Positions 51,320 through 64,000 of a stretch of DNA of 64,000 nt are shown here, piece after piece (within the stretch, counting starts at the first letter, position 1; each line of letters begins with the position of its first letter). The translations under genes and the position numbers were made by a program. The DNA is taken from NCBI RefSeq assembly GCF_009914755.1, contig NC_060945.1; one strand, 5' to 3'. Origin of the DNA: the human T2T-CHM13v2.0 reference genome, Homo sapiens. A model generated the notes under the pieces. The model did not search any database, was not told the DNA's origin, and saw nothing but the letters and a program-made list of their open reading frames with translations.

Positions 51320-54300
51320 TTAGGGATAGGGTAGCTAGATCATGATGTTTTAGCAATTTGCCGAAGGAAAGTTAGAATATTAGAAATCAATGAGTAGATA
51401 AAAACTGTATTTAATGTGCCATGAGAATACGACATGCTGCAGTATTATTTTGCAAAAAAAAAATTTTGCTTCATATAATTTTTGAAATAAACTCATACAT
51501 CATTAATATATTTAACTCTATATATACATACTTTTAAGAAATATGCCTGCACACTTACACATTTTATATCATCTCCCAAGTTGGCAGTTGCCATGAGATG
51601 CTTGGAAAATCATGGTTTAATACTCAACACCATTGAAATGACGTTGTATCCCTGATAAATGGATGCATTAAGACTCTACCCAACAGGGTTGCATTTCCCA
51701 CCTGCATTTTGACCAGTTTCCTTAATGACCTTGCCAGCTGATACAAATTGCTTTTTGGAGGGAGCCCAGAGGAGTGATAGCAAGCTTGAAGGTTTTGCTA
51801 CATGTTACACTAGATGGCTTTTAATGGTGAAAAAAGTGGCAAATTCTGACATATTAGAAATGCCTCTTTATCTGGACAGTAGAGAACAGCACCTCTTCTT
51901 TTAAGTATCAGGGAAGGGGTGTTATTTAAAAAGAGATATGCTAAATAAAATACACTAATGAAAATGATGTGCCACTTTTTCTAGTATTTGTATTGTGACC
52001 TCTGTATAGGCTGTCCCCATTGTGATCACTTACACTTAACTAATCCAATATATTGTCTATTGTTTTCAACATAAAAACAGTATGTATTTCCAAGACAGGA
52101 GATGTTTCAATCTCATAATTAGGCATGCAAAATATTATCTTCAAATCATATGCATGAGGTCCAGGGAACAGCTGAAGATCACTGCTCCTCTTAGGTTTGT
52201 AAAGAAACATAATTTTGTGGTGTTCCAAAGTGACTTCATAATTTTGTCATGTAATCTCCTATTTTGACTTGAAAATCTATTATAAATAAAGTGATAAAGT
52301 AAAAAAACATCGGTAGCAGGAACAAGATAAAGCTAATTTGGCATTAACAACCAATTTTCATATTAATATAATTTACTTTTATATGTATCATATCAAATAT
52401 AATTAAGATGTTCCAGGTCTGCTTAACGTATGAATGACTTACTGAATAGATATAAATGCCAAATAAAGCATTAGCTGATTTTATTTTAATGTAGACTCAC
52501 ACGCACATACACCCACACGTGCACACACATGTACATACACACACGATGTTAATTTATTTATCCTACATGACGCTGGAAATTATTCAGTCTTTTAAAATGT
52601 ATTTACACAACAAATTTACATTGTTTTATCCAGATTCTATGTATATTATACATTTTTTGTCATGTACAGTCTGTTTTTTATTTCTCTATTTTTTGGCAGT
52701 CTCAGAAAATAAATGCCATCTTTACACGTACATGTATTCATCATTCCTCACCCACTCCACCAACACACAATCCCAAGAGAACAAAAAAGATGTGAAAATG
52801 AAAGTAACAGAGTGTATTACATTCCTATGAGTAACTGAAATATCTTAAAAAATAAATTGGACAGCAAAATGAAAAATGTAGAAACAGACCTAATGTTTTA
52901 AAATACAACAATCAAATGTGTAAAGGTATGATTCACTTGGGAAACATCGCATGCAATTTAAATAAAGTTTAACAAAACACTTGAGACAATAAGTTGCTTT
53001 CTGTTCAAGGAAATTTACCTTTTACCAGCCTGGCATAATGTCATCTGGCAAAATGTACCCCATTGGTATTTCCTGGAATACTTCTTTCCCCTAGAGATTC
53101 TATCAGAGTATTCTATAGTCAAACATGCATAGAAAACAGAACTATATAGAAACAAAAATACCCCCTTTAAGTCCAGACTATCACTACAGAGTATCAACAC
53201 AGAGTTACAGTATAAAGTTAGAGTTATTCAAACCCCAATTGATCGATATATTCATTTCACTCACTTGATCTAAACAGATTGAAACTTTCACAGTAAAGAT
53301 CCAATTTTACCTATCAATCATTGTGGCATAGGCTGTGACCAAAATTATGGGTCCAGTAGCCATTTTCAATGTAGCTCAAACATTTGGTTTCTGTGAGTAA
53401 GATATAATACAGCTAGAAAATTATAAATTGCTTTTCATTGGTTTGATGCATGAGCAGGTAGGCAATATCATAAAACTGTCTATTTCATGTGGTTAATATT
53501 TTTTGTTTCTGTAAACATTAATTCACACTTCTTTGGAAAGTTTTGCTAACAGAGAAAGAAACTAATGAAACTACTGATGGTGTCATAACTTTTTTCTAGC
53601 ACCTTTTGTTGGAACATAAATATGGGTTGACATTTCTTTCATTTCCACATAAACCTGTGAAGGTTATCAAAAAACCCAAAGATGATAGGTTTAAAATTAC
53701 AGTGAAGATGGGTTAATTAGTTGGAACATCATCTTGATAGGAAATTCATACCCACTCATTTGGAATTCATGTACAATTTTTGTTATGAAAGGAGGGAAAA
53801 AGTCAAAGCGCCATGGATGCCTGACAAACAACAGAGTCCTTCTCTACAAGGCTGACCTTTTTTAAAGTTTATACTTCCATTGTATGTGATGATTATAACA
53901 AGTGTTACTGTGTTCTGGCTTCTTTGTATTCAAGAATTGCAGTGGAACATTTAGATACATTGTTGGACCTCTGAAAGAACTCAAATTTTCAATCAGATAG
54001 AAATTTATATAAAATTGTACTTTAGAGATCCTTAGACACCATTTTATTTTTATAAATATTAAGATTCAGAGAAAAGGAAGCTCAGAAATGGGGTGTAAAA
54101 AATTCTAAAGAGATGATATAAATTATTATCTCAAACTCCAAATCAGCTTCCATGGCTTAGCAATAAATGCCTTCACTTTTCTCTCCTTCACATCAGGCTT
54201 CAATATTCTTTTCTAAGGAAAACTTGTTTTCAGTCATCCTTAGTCTCAACAGGGGTTGCAAATTGAAAGAGAGGTACTAGGTTTTGAAGCACAGTTGCTT

Positions 54301-54604
54301 TTTTAGTCATGAAAGAAAAAGAAGAGAATTGCTAATAAAGATAAAATTTAAAGTAAAGATGATATGTTTTAAAATAAAGAGTATTCAAAATGAAAATTGG
54401 CATTGCCTGCATTTACATTTTATGCTATTTTTCTTTTGATATAAGAAAGCAAAAATTTTCAATTTTTTTAATTTTTATGAAAATAACTCCCTGTCTAAAC
54501 ATTTTCACCTATATAAACATGTGTAGCCCATTCTAATTCGAGTACATATATATTTATTCAAATAAATATAAAATTATATATTATATATAGTTAAAATATT
54601 TTTA

Positions 54605-54990
54605 TTATTATTCAGAAGCAATTTACAGAGCTTCTATTATGTCCAGGCATCATACAAGGTGTGTTGATATTAGGTGAATAAAATCAGACCTGGACCTTGC
54701 CTTCAAGTAGAGGAGAAAATATGTTACCTATTAACTATAACAGAAAGCAATATGGTACCATGAGCATATGCAAGAAGAGGATATAATATAGTTGATTTCC
54801 TGAGGAAATGCGATTTGAGATGGAATCCAGAGGTTGCATAGTAATTAAACAACTCAAAGCAAATAAAATTGAAGAATCCCTATAAATATTATAAGCAAGA
54901 TTAGTGCATGTGAAAATCTTTTAACAGGATGTTGTAAGACACAGTCAAATGTGAACAAAGTTCAGTATGGAAAGAGAGAAGCAGGTTGTA
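54605..54990 (-). mobile_element. L2 3' fragment
   Basis: ATTCAGAAGCAATTTACAGAGCTTCTATTATGTCCAGGCA...GTGAATAAAATCAGACCTGGACCTTGCCTTCAAG. Confidence 0.7.
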
Positions 54991-54999
54991 AAAGCAACT

Positions 55000-55930
55000 G
55001 TTAATTTCTAACCAAAATATGTCATTCTTCTTCACACACATTCTGTCATGTTTCACACACAGCAATTTCCTGTCTTACCTTACAATCATGTATGGCCACA
55101 TGACTGAACTTTAGCCAATGAAAAATGGATGGAATTTATATGTACTGATTCCAAGTGGGGTCTAGTAAACTTTCCTCTCCTGCTTCTCCAGACTGGTTGC
55201 CTTTCCACTAACTGGTTGGAGATGACCATAATGACTTTGAGCATTACGTGTTGAGATAGGCAAAGTATCCATCTGCTTCTCTTACTAAGTGACAACATGG
55301 AGTAGTATTTCTAAATCATTGGTGTGCGACAGAATCATCCACAAAATTAGTAAATCACAGATTATTAGGCTCTGCCCCAGAATTTCTTGTACATTAGGTC
55401 TAAGAAAGATCTGAGAATGTGTGTTCATAACAAGTTCCCAGGTAATAATAATGCTGTTGGTCAATGAACCACAGTTTGAGAACCATTTGCGTACAGCAGA
55501 GTACTTCCTCTCTCCTAAGAAAAATCCTGAATATTATTGAGTGTGTAAGAGAAACAGTTTATCTCTTTTTTATTGTATATATTTGTCTTGCTTGTTAAAA
55601 AGGAAACGTTACCTGAATTATCAATATGGAACTTCACGTAATATAAAATGGATAGTCTTCTTTGTAAAGATGCCTATTCTCCAATCACTACCACTGCTTT
55701 ACACAGTCAGCATGTGACTCAGTTCTGATTAATGTTAGGAAAGAGGGAATTTGTTGTGAATGATTAGAAACTTTTTTTAAATTGCACATCCACATGACAG
55801 GTATTGTGGAGGTGGTCAGTTTCTGCCTTGTCTGAAGCCAGTGCCTAGACCTCCTGCAGCCACTTTGTGATAATGAGAAAAGACAAAACGAGGGCAAAGC
55901 CATGTCAATAAGTGTGACAAAGCTGCTCTT
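55000..55930 (+). mobile_element. MLT1J/K-like LTR fragments, the first split by MER5A
   Basis: GGCCACATGACTGAACTTTAGCCAATGAAA; GCATGTGACTCAGTTCTG; CTGCAGCCACTTTGTGA. Confidence 0.6.
55302..55488. mobile_element. MER5A
   Basis: TAGTATTTCTAAA...CAGAATCA...TAACAAGTTCCCAGGTAATAATAATGCTGTTGGTC...CACAGTTTGAGAACCATT. Confidence 0.8.
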
Positions 55931-56164
55931 CAGAAGGGAAATCTTGCCCAGAATAATGGAATGGAGACCAGAGGCACTAACATTAGAAACCAAAACAATT
56001 CAAGGGTTGTGCTAGACGGCAATATTTCAGTGCTTCTTATCCTATTAGTTAAAAACTGTATGCATTATTATATATATGTGTGTGTGTATGCATATGTATG
56101 TTACTTTTATATATACATACTTATATATATGTTACTTTTAAGTTGCTTCTATAAATAAAATCAA

Positions 56165-56496
<332 letters not shown>

Positions 56497-58339
56497 TTAT
56501 GTAGTTTATTCAGATGAGTACTCAATTTTTTCTTCCATGAGTAGTTACGTAAAATTTTTTCAGGGCTGCTAGAGCTGAGAAATTAATCACTCCAGCTCCA
56601 GCTGACTAAGAATAACTCATATTACTAATATCTTATAATAATTTAACTTATCTTGCAATATTTACTCTAAGGTATGTAACTTCAATTTTGCTACTATTTG
56701 AGGCATAAAATGCCATTACTTCTATTTCAAATCACTAATTTTATAGAGAGTTTCATGAATAATAGTAAAAACAAGTTATTCTTAATATATTAGAGAGCTG
56801 TAAGATTTGCATTATTGACAAGGAACTTAAATGAAAAATCTTGACTTGAGCTTTAAGAAATTATTCATCAGTTAAATCGGTTTTTCCAGAGTAAGTAACA
56901 TAATTTATACAAACATGCTTGATACAAAGTACATGGGCAAAGTCTAAAGGCATTTCTGAAAGGAAAAAATAAATAAAAGTAAAAGAAGATAAGCTCGAGA
57001 TAATTAAACTTCAGTGTTAATAAATCTAAAATTTTCAGTTATTCAATTTATTAATTATTAAGATCATGAATTACTAATTCTCTTTTTTCTTACAATAGAT
57101 GGCATTTTCTTCCTTTTACCAAAAATCAACTCATTCATTTTTTTCTCTCGATCCCAGTCTTTCTCTTTCTCCGGAATTTGTAAATATTCCTTATTTCTAC
57201 TAGGTGTTCAACCTCACTCTCTTACCTGTTTTTATCCTATAATCACTTAAAGTTCCTAGCTTTCCCATCCAAAAGTGAGAAAAGAAAAAATGCATCAACA
57301 ACAGTCTGAACAATTCATTCACTCTCTCTTAGTACCTCATCTTTCTCTTCCTTTATATAGCCAGACTTACTTGAAAGTGAATATCAACATTAAAAAGGCA
57401 AATGACTACAACAGGCAACTTATTATGTCAACTGTGATGGCCTCCAAATTTCTATTTTACTTGTATACTTTTTATGTAAGCTTAGTTTTGATTATTAATC
57501 GTGTATCAATATATTTTTCTTTCTTGAAGTCATATTCTTTCTTCACCTCTCTTAATATTAGTGGAGCTTTTAATGTATCTTTAATTTGTCTGGTTTTGTT
57601 AGAGGCAGTGGGTGAAGAAATATTTTTACCTCTTAATTTTCCAATAAGGAAACAAGACCGTGAACAATATGCAAAATAGCAAGTGATATCCAACTCGGTG
57701 TCAAGGAGATTGCAAAGAACAGTTGGCACAGAAGCAAATTCTAGAGCAGTCCAACTCAAAATCACATTTGTGGACTTTGCTGACATAGACACACTTTGTC
57801 AGTGGTGCTCACAGAAATAAGTATAGAAATCATGAATAGACTTTTATCTTATCTCTTTACTGATTGACAGTTTTAAAGAGCTCTATGTGATTATCTCATT
57901 GTGAACCAATATGAAAACCAGACCCGACTCAGAGAAACAATTTCCAAAGAACACTATCTATTGAACAGAGACAGCAGGTATTCATTTGTAGCCGTTCTTA
58001 TTGTCTATGGTGTAATGTGAGATAATGCGTTATTGAATTATGAGATTTTTCAAGAAAAGCCAAGGAGCTGAAAGTTTATATAAAATAATTTCACGTTTAA
58101 TATTGTTAACTAATGCCATTGAAATAAAAGACTCATCATAGCGGGTTAAATGTGTTCTATAGTGCCTTTATGGTAAACAATCTTTCTCTCAATTTTCTCG
58201 CCTCCTATTCCAGTATCAAAATACTCCAAATTGTATTGTGTTTTTACATTCTAAGATTGTTCTCACTAACATCATCATTAATCTTCATGTGGCTAAATAT
58301 AGTAAATATATTTTTAAATTCACCATATTCTTTACCTTA

Positions 58340-59372
58340 GCAGAATAGGGCACCCTTAACCTGTACTAACTACTTGAAGTATTTTTTTTCCTTCAGGTTT
58401 CCTTCCATGTCTCCAGGAGTTCCTTTTCAACTATATTTATTGCCTTTTTTTCTCCAAGTTTACTTTTAAATGTTGGAGTAAATCAACTCTCTTCCTACAT
58501 TAGAATCTCATCTAAGAAGTCTCATGTTTTCTTATGACTTAATTTACCATCTGATGCAGACAGGACACATATTATATCAGAAGCCCAGATTGACATTTCT
58601 TGCATATACTAAATGCCTTTCATAAATATCATCTCCAATATATTTTATTAGTCATTAACTCTTACTTATTCCAACTCCTAGATATTGCTGATTTCAATCT
58701 AGCTTGATATACCTTTATCGTCCTTATCTAAAACAAGCTGTATTGTAAACACCCTTACTGATTACATTACCAGTAAGAAATCCAGTGAATGTATTGCCCA
58801 CTTTTAATATCTTATACACAGCACAGCCAGAATAGTTTTGTTGAAAACACTCATGTGAATTAGGAAATTTGCTCTTAACATCGTTCAGTCTTCCCCTTTT
58901 CCCTTTAGAGAAACAGGAAGCACTAGCCTCCATTTCCTTACGTATTTCTCTTCAGACTTGTTTTGTGCCTTTTTCTCACTTGTCGTTTAAGATCCATCCA
59001 ATGCTTGGCTTCTTTTATTTTCTCAAATGTATTTTTCGATTTCCTACCTCAGTCATTTTACTTTACCATTTTTTTGTCTTGAAATGTTCTTTTCACTTCT
59101 TCAGTTAACTCCAGCTTTTTTTTTCCGCCAAGAATCTTTCCTTCTCACTCACTCCATTTTCAAGACTTGTTGAAGTCCATGGCTTCTACATTCCAGTAGC
59201 TGCTTGGGTTTCCTCTCGATGACACTTGCATTCATTTATTCACATCTATTTTCCTCATTGCACTGTAATCTCCATGCAGGCAGCCATTGCACTGGTTTTC
59301 TCTTTCACAGCTTGAATTTTCTCCTACATAGTGTATGTCACACATATATCTGTAAAATGCATGAATAGATGT
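58340..59372 (+). mobile_element. L2 (diverged 3' kb)
   Basis: CT-rich, with TTAATTTACCATCTGATGCAGA, ACACAGCACAGCCAGAATAGTTTT, CACTGTAATCTCCATGCAGGCAG and terminal ATGAATAGATG. Confidence 0.65.
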
Positions 59373-59769
59373 TTCCAAATTTGGGTGGAGGTGAAGCTAC
59401 CTTTCTTTTATTTTTATTTTCTTCTTTCTTTTCTTTTAGCTCTACAAAATAAACAATTACTGATTACACATTTAAACTATTTTCACATGTTCTAACATAT
59501 TTAACCTATTAAATATTCTATTGATATTCTCACATGATTTTACAAACCATATAAAATTTACCCTTTATTTGTTTTATTTAGCTAGTTAAGATATACATAT
59601 ATCTTGTTTTTAAAAAATACTGAAAAAATTGCATATGTATTTTAATTTTACTCTAACTGGTGTACTTATTCCATAAAGTTTGTCAAAAGTAACTTCTTAT
59701 TACTGTATACCTATGTGTGTGTGTGTAAAAACAGATAGAATATAAAATTATTTTTAGAAAGTCAAGATT

Positions 59770-59950
59770 CTAGTATTGACTCCAGGTAAACATCATTGAT
59801 AGTTCATTAAACTATGCTACCTTTTGATTTCTGTCCATGTAAAATGGGAAATAGAAAAATGGAACAGTCACAGCATAATTATTCAGTATTTCTAATGAAC
59901 TAATAAAATAATGTGAAATTCCTTTGTTAATTTTAAAATGTTAGTCAAAT
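59770..59950 (+). mobile_element. MIR fragment
   Basis: TTTCTGTCCATGTAAAATGGGAAATA core-like. Confidence 0.5.
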
Positions 59951-61359
59951 TCATCCTACCATTAATTATTATTAAATTAAACTTGTAAAATGATTCCACA
60001 TCTTTATTGTATATTAAACTCAGATGTAGCATTTAAATATATAAGAAAAAGAGTTACAGATTATTTGTTATACTTTTAACAATAAATGTAATATTCTAAT
60101 CTTTGGAGTGATACAGATTTGGTTTTGAGGATTTTCTTTCATTTTTGCATATTTAGGCTGTTGTCTCCACTCAAAAATTCCTTACACAGTCTCACATATT
60201 TTCTCTTTAGACCAACCATCTAATTGCCATTTTTATTCTTTGCTTTATAATAGCTGTCATTGGATAATGGAAGAATCAATCAAACTTTTTTTCCTTCATG
60301 TCCCTGCAGCAACAGAACTTTATTATTTTTACTTCAGTGACACTGAGAAGCTTGAATCAATATTGACAAAACATCAAGTCTTTTTGAAAAACTGCTATGA
60401 TAGCACTCAAAGCTTAACCATTTCACATCTTTTATAGCCATGGAAACTCAAAATTTATTTTTCTCACAAACACATACATCTTAATCCCTTGGAAAATCAT
60501 TCTGCTGCATTTGAAATGCAGTTACCATAATTGACTTTCAAGGCACAGAACTGGGATTCATCTCCATATCTGAGAATAGAATCAAGCCCTAAACAATTGG
60601 AACTTTATAATCAGGTTTTGAAGATTAATGTTTCTTTAGAAGGGGAAGCTGGTCTTGGAAGCAATCGGATTTTCTTCCTGCTATTGATAGAAAAGTTGAG
60701 TTTCTAGCTGAACTAGTAGAAAAATTTATTTATTGATAAGTGGACACTTTAGCCCTGGAAACAATTTACACTTAACCCTTATTGTTCATTGATATTGATC
60801 ACTTGAAAACGCTCTGAACCACATGCATAACAAAACCTCTTCCTATTGAACTACTATTAATATTATTCAATATATTTTAATTTTTAAGCAGTAAGATGAA
60901 TAATATAATACCCTGTTACTTAAATAGCTCACATACTTTACTATCCAATTCTATGATTACTCTAATAAATTATCTCAAAATCCAGCATCAGATCCCGGAA
61001 GCTGTTTTGTGGTTTGGTTCGTTTTGTTTGTTTTGGTTTGTTTCTTTGGCTCTTTTTGCCCTTTAGTGCTGAAAAAAAAATTATGTTACTTAACTGAATC
61101 TCCAGCGTTGCCATTGAGTAATGCTCCTCAAACAGGACGTATCACTCAATAGTTGATCTCATACTTAGTTATGAGCTTAAAACTTGAAAAGAGACAGAAA
61201 ATCTGTAATGCAGTAAATGGGAAATCGGACTATGGAGCGTGAATGCATAAGGATATTTGTTTTGTGAAATTCATTTACACGAGTCTTCTTTGGTCTTCAA
61301 AGCAACATGTGTTTTCACTAAATACACTTGTGCTAAGTACACAGCCTGTGATGCTGGCA

Positions 61360-61495
61360 TCTTCCTCCTTTTACAAGTATGGATCCTAAGTCAAATCTCA
61401 TTACACAGTGCAGCATAACAGTTGATAGATTTCTAACTGTAACGTAGGCCTCCCAACCATAGTTCCAGGGTTCTTTGTATTATAGCATACTGCCT
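61360..61495 (-). mobile_element. MIR fragment
   Basis: CCTTTTACAAGTATGGA...CCAGGGTTCTTTGTATTATAGCATACTGCCT. Confidence 0.55.
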
Positions 61496-64000
61496 ATTCC
61501 AATTTAAATATAAGTGTGGAGGTTCTCATCCTCTGTTCTTTCCTGAGTTTTGAGTTTATGTGCCAATTATTATTTTTTTTTTCTGAATCCCTCGCTCTAC
61601 TTTCTCTTCTTTGTAATCAGTGGCTTTAATATCTGAGATCACTGGCTTCTGTGTAAGAAAGCGTTACACAGAACGCTTTAAAACTGAATAGTATTTAGTG
61701 TTTTTAAAACTAAATAGTACTTAGTGATTTGCAAACTGTTGGATATTTAAATTGATGTGATTGTCATCAAAACTTTAAAATTAAAAAAAAATTTAAATCA
61801 TGGTGCTTTTAAAAACCACTGAGAGTAAATACTTCTATATGTGTCTTTTAGTTATGCAGGATTGTACAGGCATCCAAACTATGTTCTCATAAAACCAATT
61901 TTATTTTTTAAATTTATTTTTTCATTAAAGCCAATTTTAATGTGTTTCAGTTCATGGTTGAAATGTTTCTTGATTTTTATGTATGACTCATAATAATACC
62001 TGAATTAATCATGGGGCCTGGAAAATTAGTAATAGCAGTTCTAAAAGGGAAAATAGGTCTATTATGTATGTGTGTGTGTGTTTGTATGTGTGACACACAT
62101 TTTTACACATTTAACAGAGAGATGAATTCTTATATCTATACCTATTTATTAATCTATATAAAAGTAAATGGCACATCCTTTCAAATTAGCCTCATTTAAT
62201 ATGTCTGCATCTATATTATCATTTAAATTTTCTTTTTTAACAGCTATGTACTGAAAACAAATTCAGACTTGGTTTTCTCACATGGCAAAAATGAACCCCT
62301 CACTTTCAGTTTATATTGGTCTACGTATACAGTGGCTTGCTGAAGGATTTTTGCGCAAATAAGTTAGAACATAAGTCAAACCTCTTGTTTCAAAAGAGTC
62401 AAGCATGATAGAAAACACTAAATTTATTTAACCTCCATGTTCCATCTAGCAGAATTAAACTTTCCAAAGAGGAAAAACATAGATTGATGTTTTTAAAATT
62501 ACTACAGGGTAGAAACTATGCTTCTAGTACTCTACAATAAGCCAAACTTATTGGCAGAAATTGTCCATAAAATTGACATTTTTAAGCAAATTTACATTCC
62601 TTCATCAGTGTTATGCATGCCATTGCAGACAAAGTTGATGATTTGAATTCATAATTGATTTATGAGTGTCATAGAAATGAGGCAGAAAATATTGGACTTT
62701 GTTGCCAAGGAGTTCATTTTGGGCAACCAGTAATTACACTGAGGATTAGATTGTATGAATTTGGAAAAGTGTAGAAGAGTCCATGACATCAGTAATTACA
62801 ATGAAAATAAAATGAATATCTTATGGAATATGCTTTCATATATAATTCCTCCTCTGGATATTGTATTTTCTTTATGTCCATTTTCAGAGCTGGCTCATAT
62901 TACTCTATTGACATCTGTTTTAAAGTGGAGTAAGAAAAAAGAACTAAAGTAAATTTTTCTTTAAACTTCATACATGAAAATAAAAGTAAGTTGAGGATGC
63001 AATTTTTAAATTAATATGAATGCACTTCCATAAACACAATCTCTGTCATTAATCTATCTTTCTGTTAATGACTGGCCAGCTGAAAGTTGGCAAATTCATT
63101 CATTTTAAATGCTAGAGGCATTAAAAGTTCTTGTTGAATAGGTTATTTTGTTTTATCGGTTAAACATGCACATACATATACACATGTAAACATTTTATTC
63201 ATTCTATAGTTCAGAAAGTTTTAACAATAAGATGTTCAAATCTTACTGTCAGCAGCAACTCTACAACTAAATCATCTTTTTAGTAGGAAGCTCCAAAGTT
63301 AAACACAGAGTTTTTAGGAATATTGAAATTTCCTTTAAGCCTTGCCACACGTCATTCAAGTCAGAATATTTGATATCACTTTATTATAATTTTAAGGAAA
63401 TACAATTTATATATATTTTTTAAATGATAAATTCAACTAATTATAATTTAAGTGCATGAATAAAATAAGTATATTTATAAGGTTGGTTACATACTATTTT
63501 CAGAATGAAATACTCTTCCAGCCATGTCAAAATTTTGCCTGATGTCTCCTAAAATGTTTATTTAGTGATGGGAACTAAAAATGTTTTAAGTCACCCACAA
63601 ATTGTTTTGCTTATGACCAGTAGATCAATCTTAGTAAAGAGATGTTTTCAAAATGTCAGTGTCTATTTCAAGAATCTACAATCACTCTCACTTTTTTATA
63701 AAATAAAGTCCAAAATAAAATTATCTTAAAATGGATTTACCTTCGTGGATATTTGTGCTTTGAACATTTATACTCGGAATTTTTTTTGAGATGGAAAAAA
63801 AATAACCTGGAAGATATTAATAAATTATTTCCCCACTGTATTGGAAAGTCCAGTATAAATGAAATAAAAGCAGTGTCACCATAAACAGGAAATAAGTGGT
63901 GTCTATTCCAAAAATATGAGTATAAGAACAGTAAGTTTTGATATATTTGGAATTGTGTTTTCATGGCCAGTAAATGTGCATATCTAAACTCTTAAATAAA

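Noticed and set aside
53019-53141. Possible minus-strand exon (pyrimidine tract-TAG acceptor, AAG/GTAAAT donor); similar isolated sites at ~40360, ~40938 and ~63738
   Set aside because: Isolated splice-like signals are expected by chance; no coherent exon chain or protein similarity.
57275-57792. Overlapping 134-aa and 106-aa ORFs in unique sequence
   Set aside because: No recognisable domain; composition reflects AT-rich chance ORFs.

Overview
This looks like primate (very likely human) nuclear DNA. It is AT-rich, CpG-depleted and dense in transposable elements, as expected for a gene desert or deep intron. I found no intact protein-coding gene, RNA gene, CpG island or CRISPR array. The ORF track consists of repeat-derived and chance ORFs. 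A large fraction of the window is recognisable interspersed repeat: 8 Alus (J, S and Y types), L1 pieces of several ages, MaLR/ERVL/ERV1 LTRs, L2/MIR and DNA transposons. Subfamily names come from recalled consensus motifs and are provisional; boundaries without a TSD or TIR are approximate. The most notable items are: (1) a 159-bp inverted repeat at 39809-40223 that matches no repeat I recognise, with 93% arm identity, near-perfect inner arms and a tandem duplication at its edge; (2) a near full-length Charlie3/MER1-type hAT transposon at 4942-7614 whose whole, decayed Buster-type transposase can still be read; (3) a tail-less AluY-type fragment at about 34.3-34.7 kb joining truncated MER21/MST and L1 elements, resembling a deletion-repair scar; (4) several small template-switch and non-B-DNA signatures. 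The sequence alone does not support a novel multi-gene biological system here.
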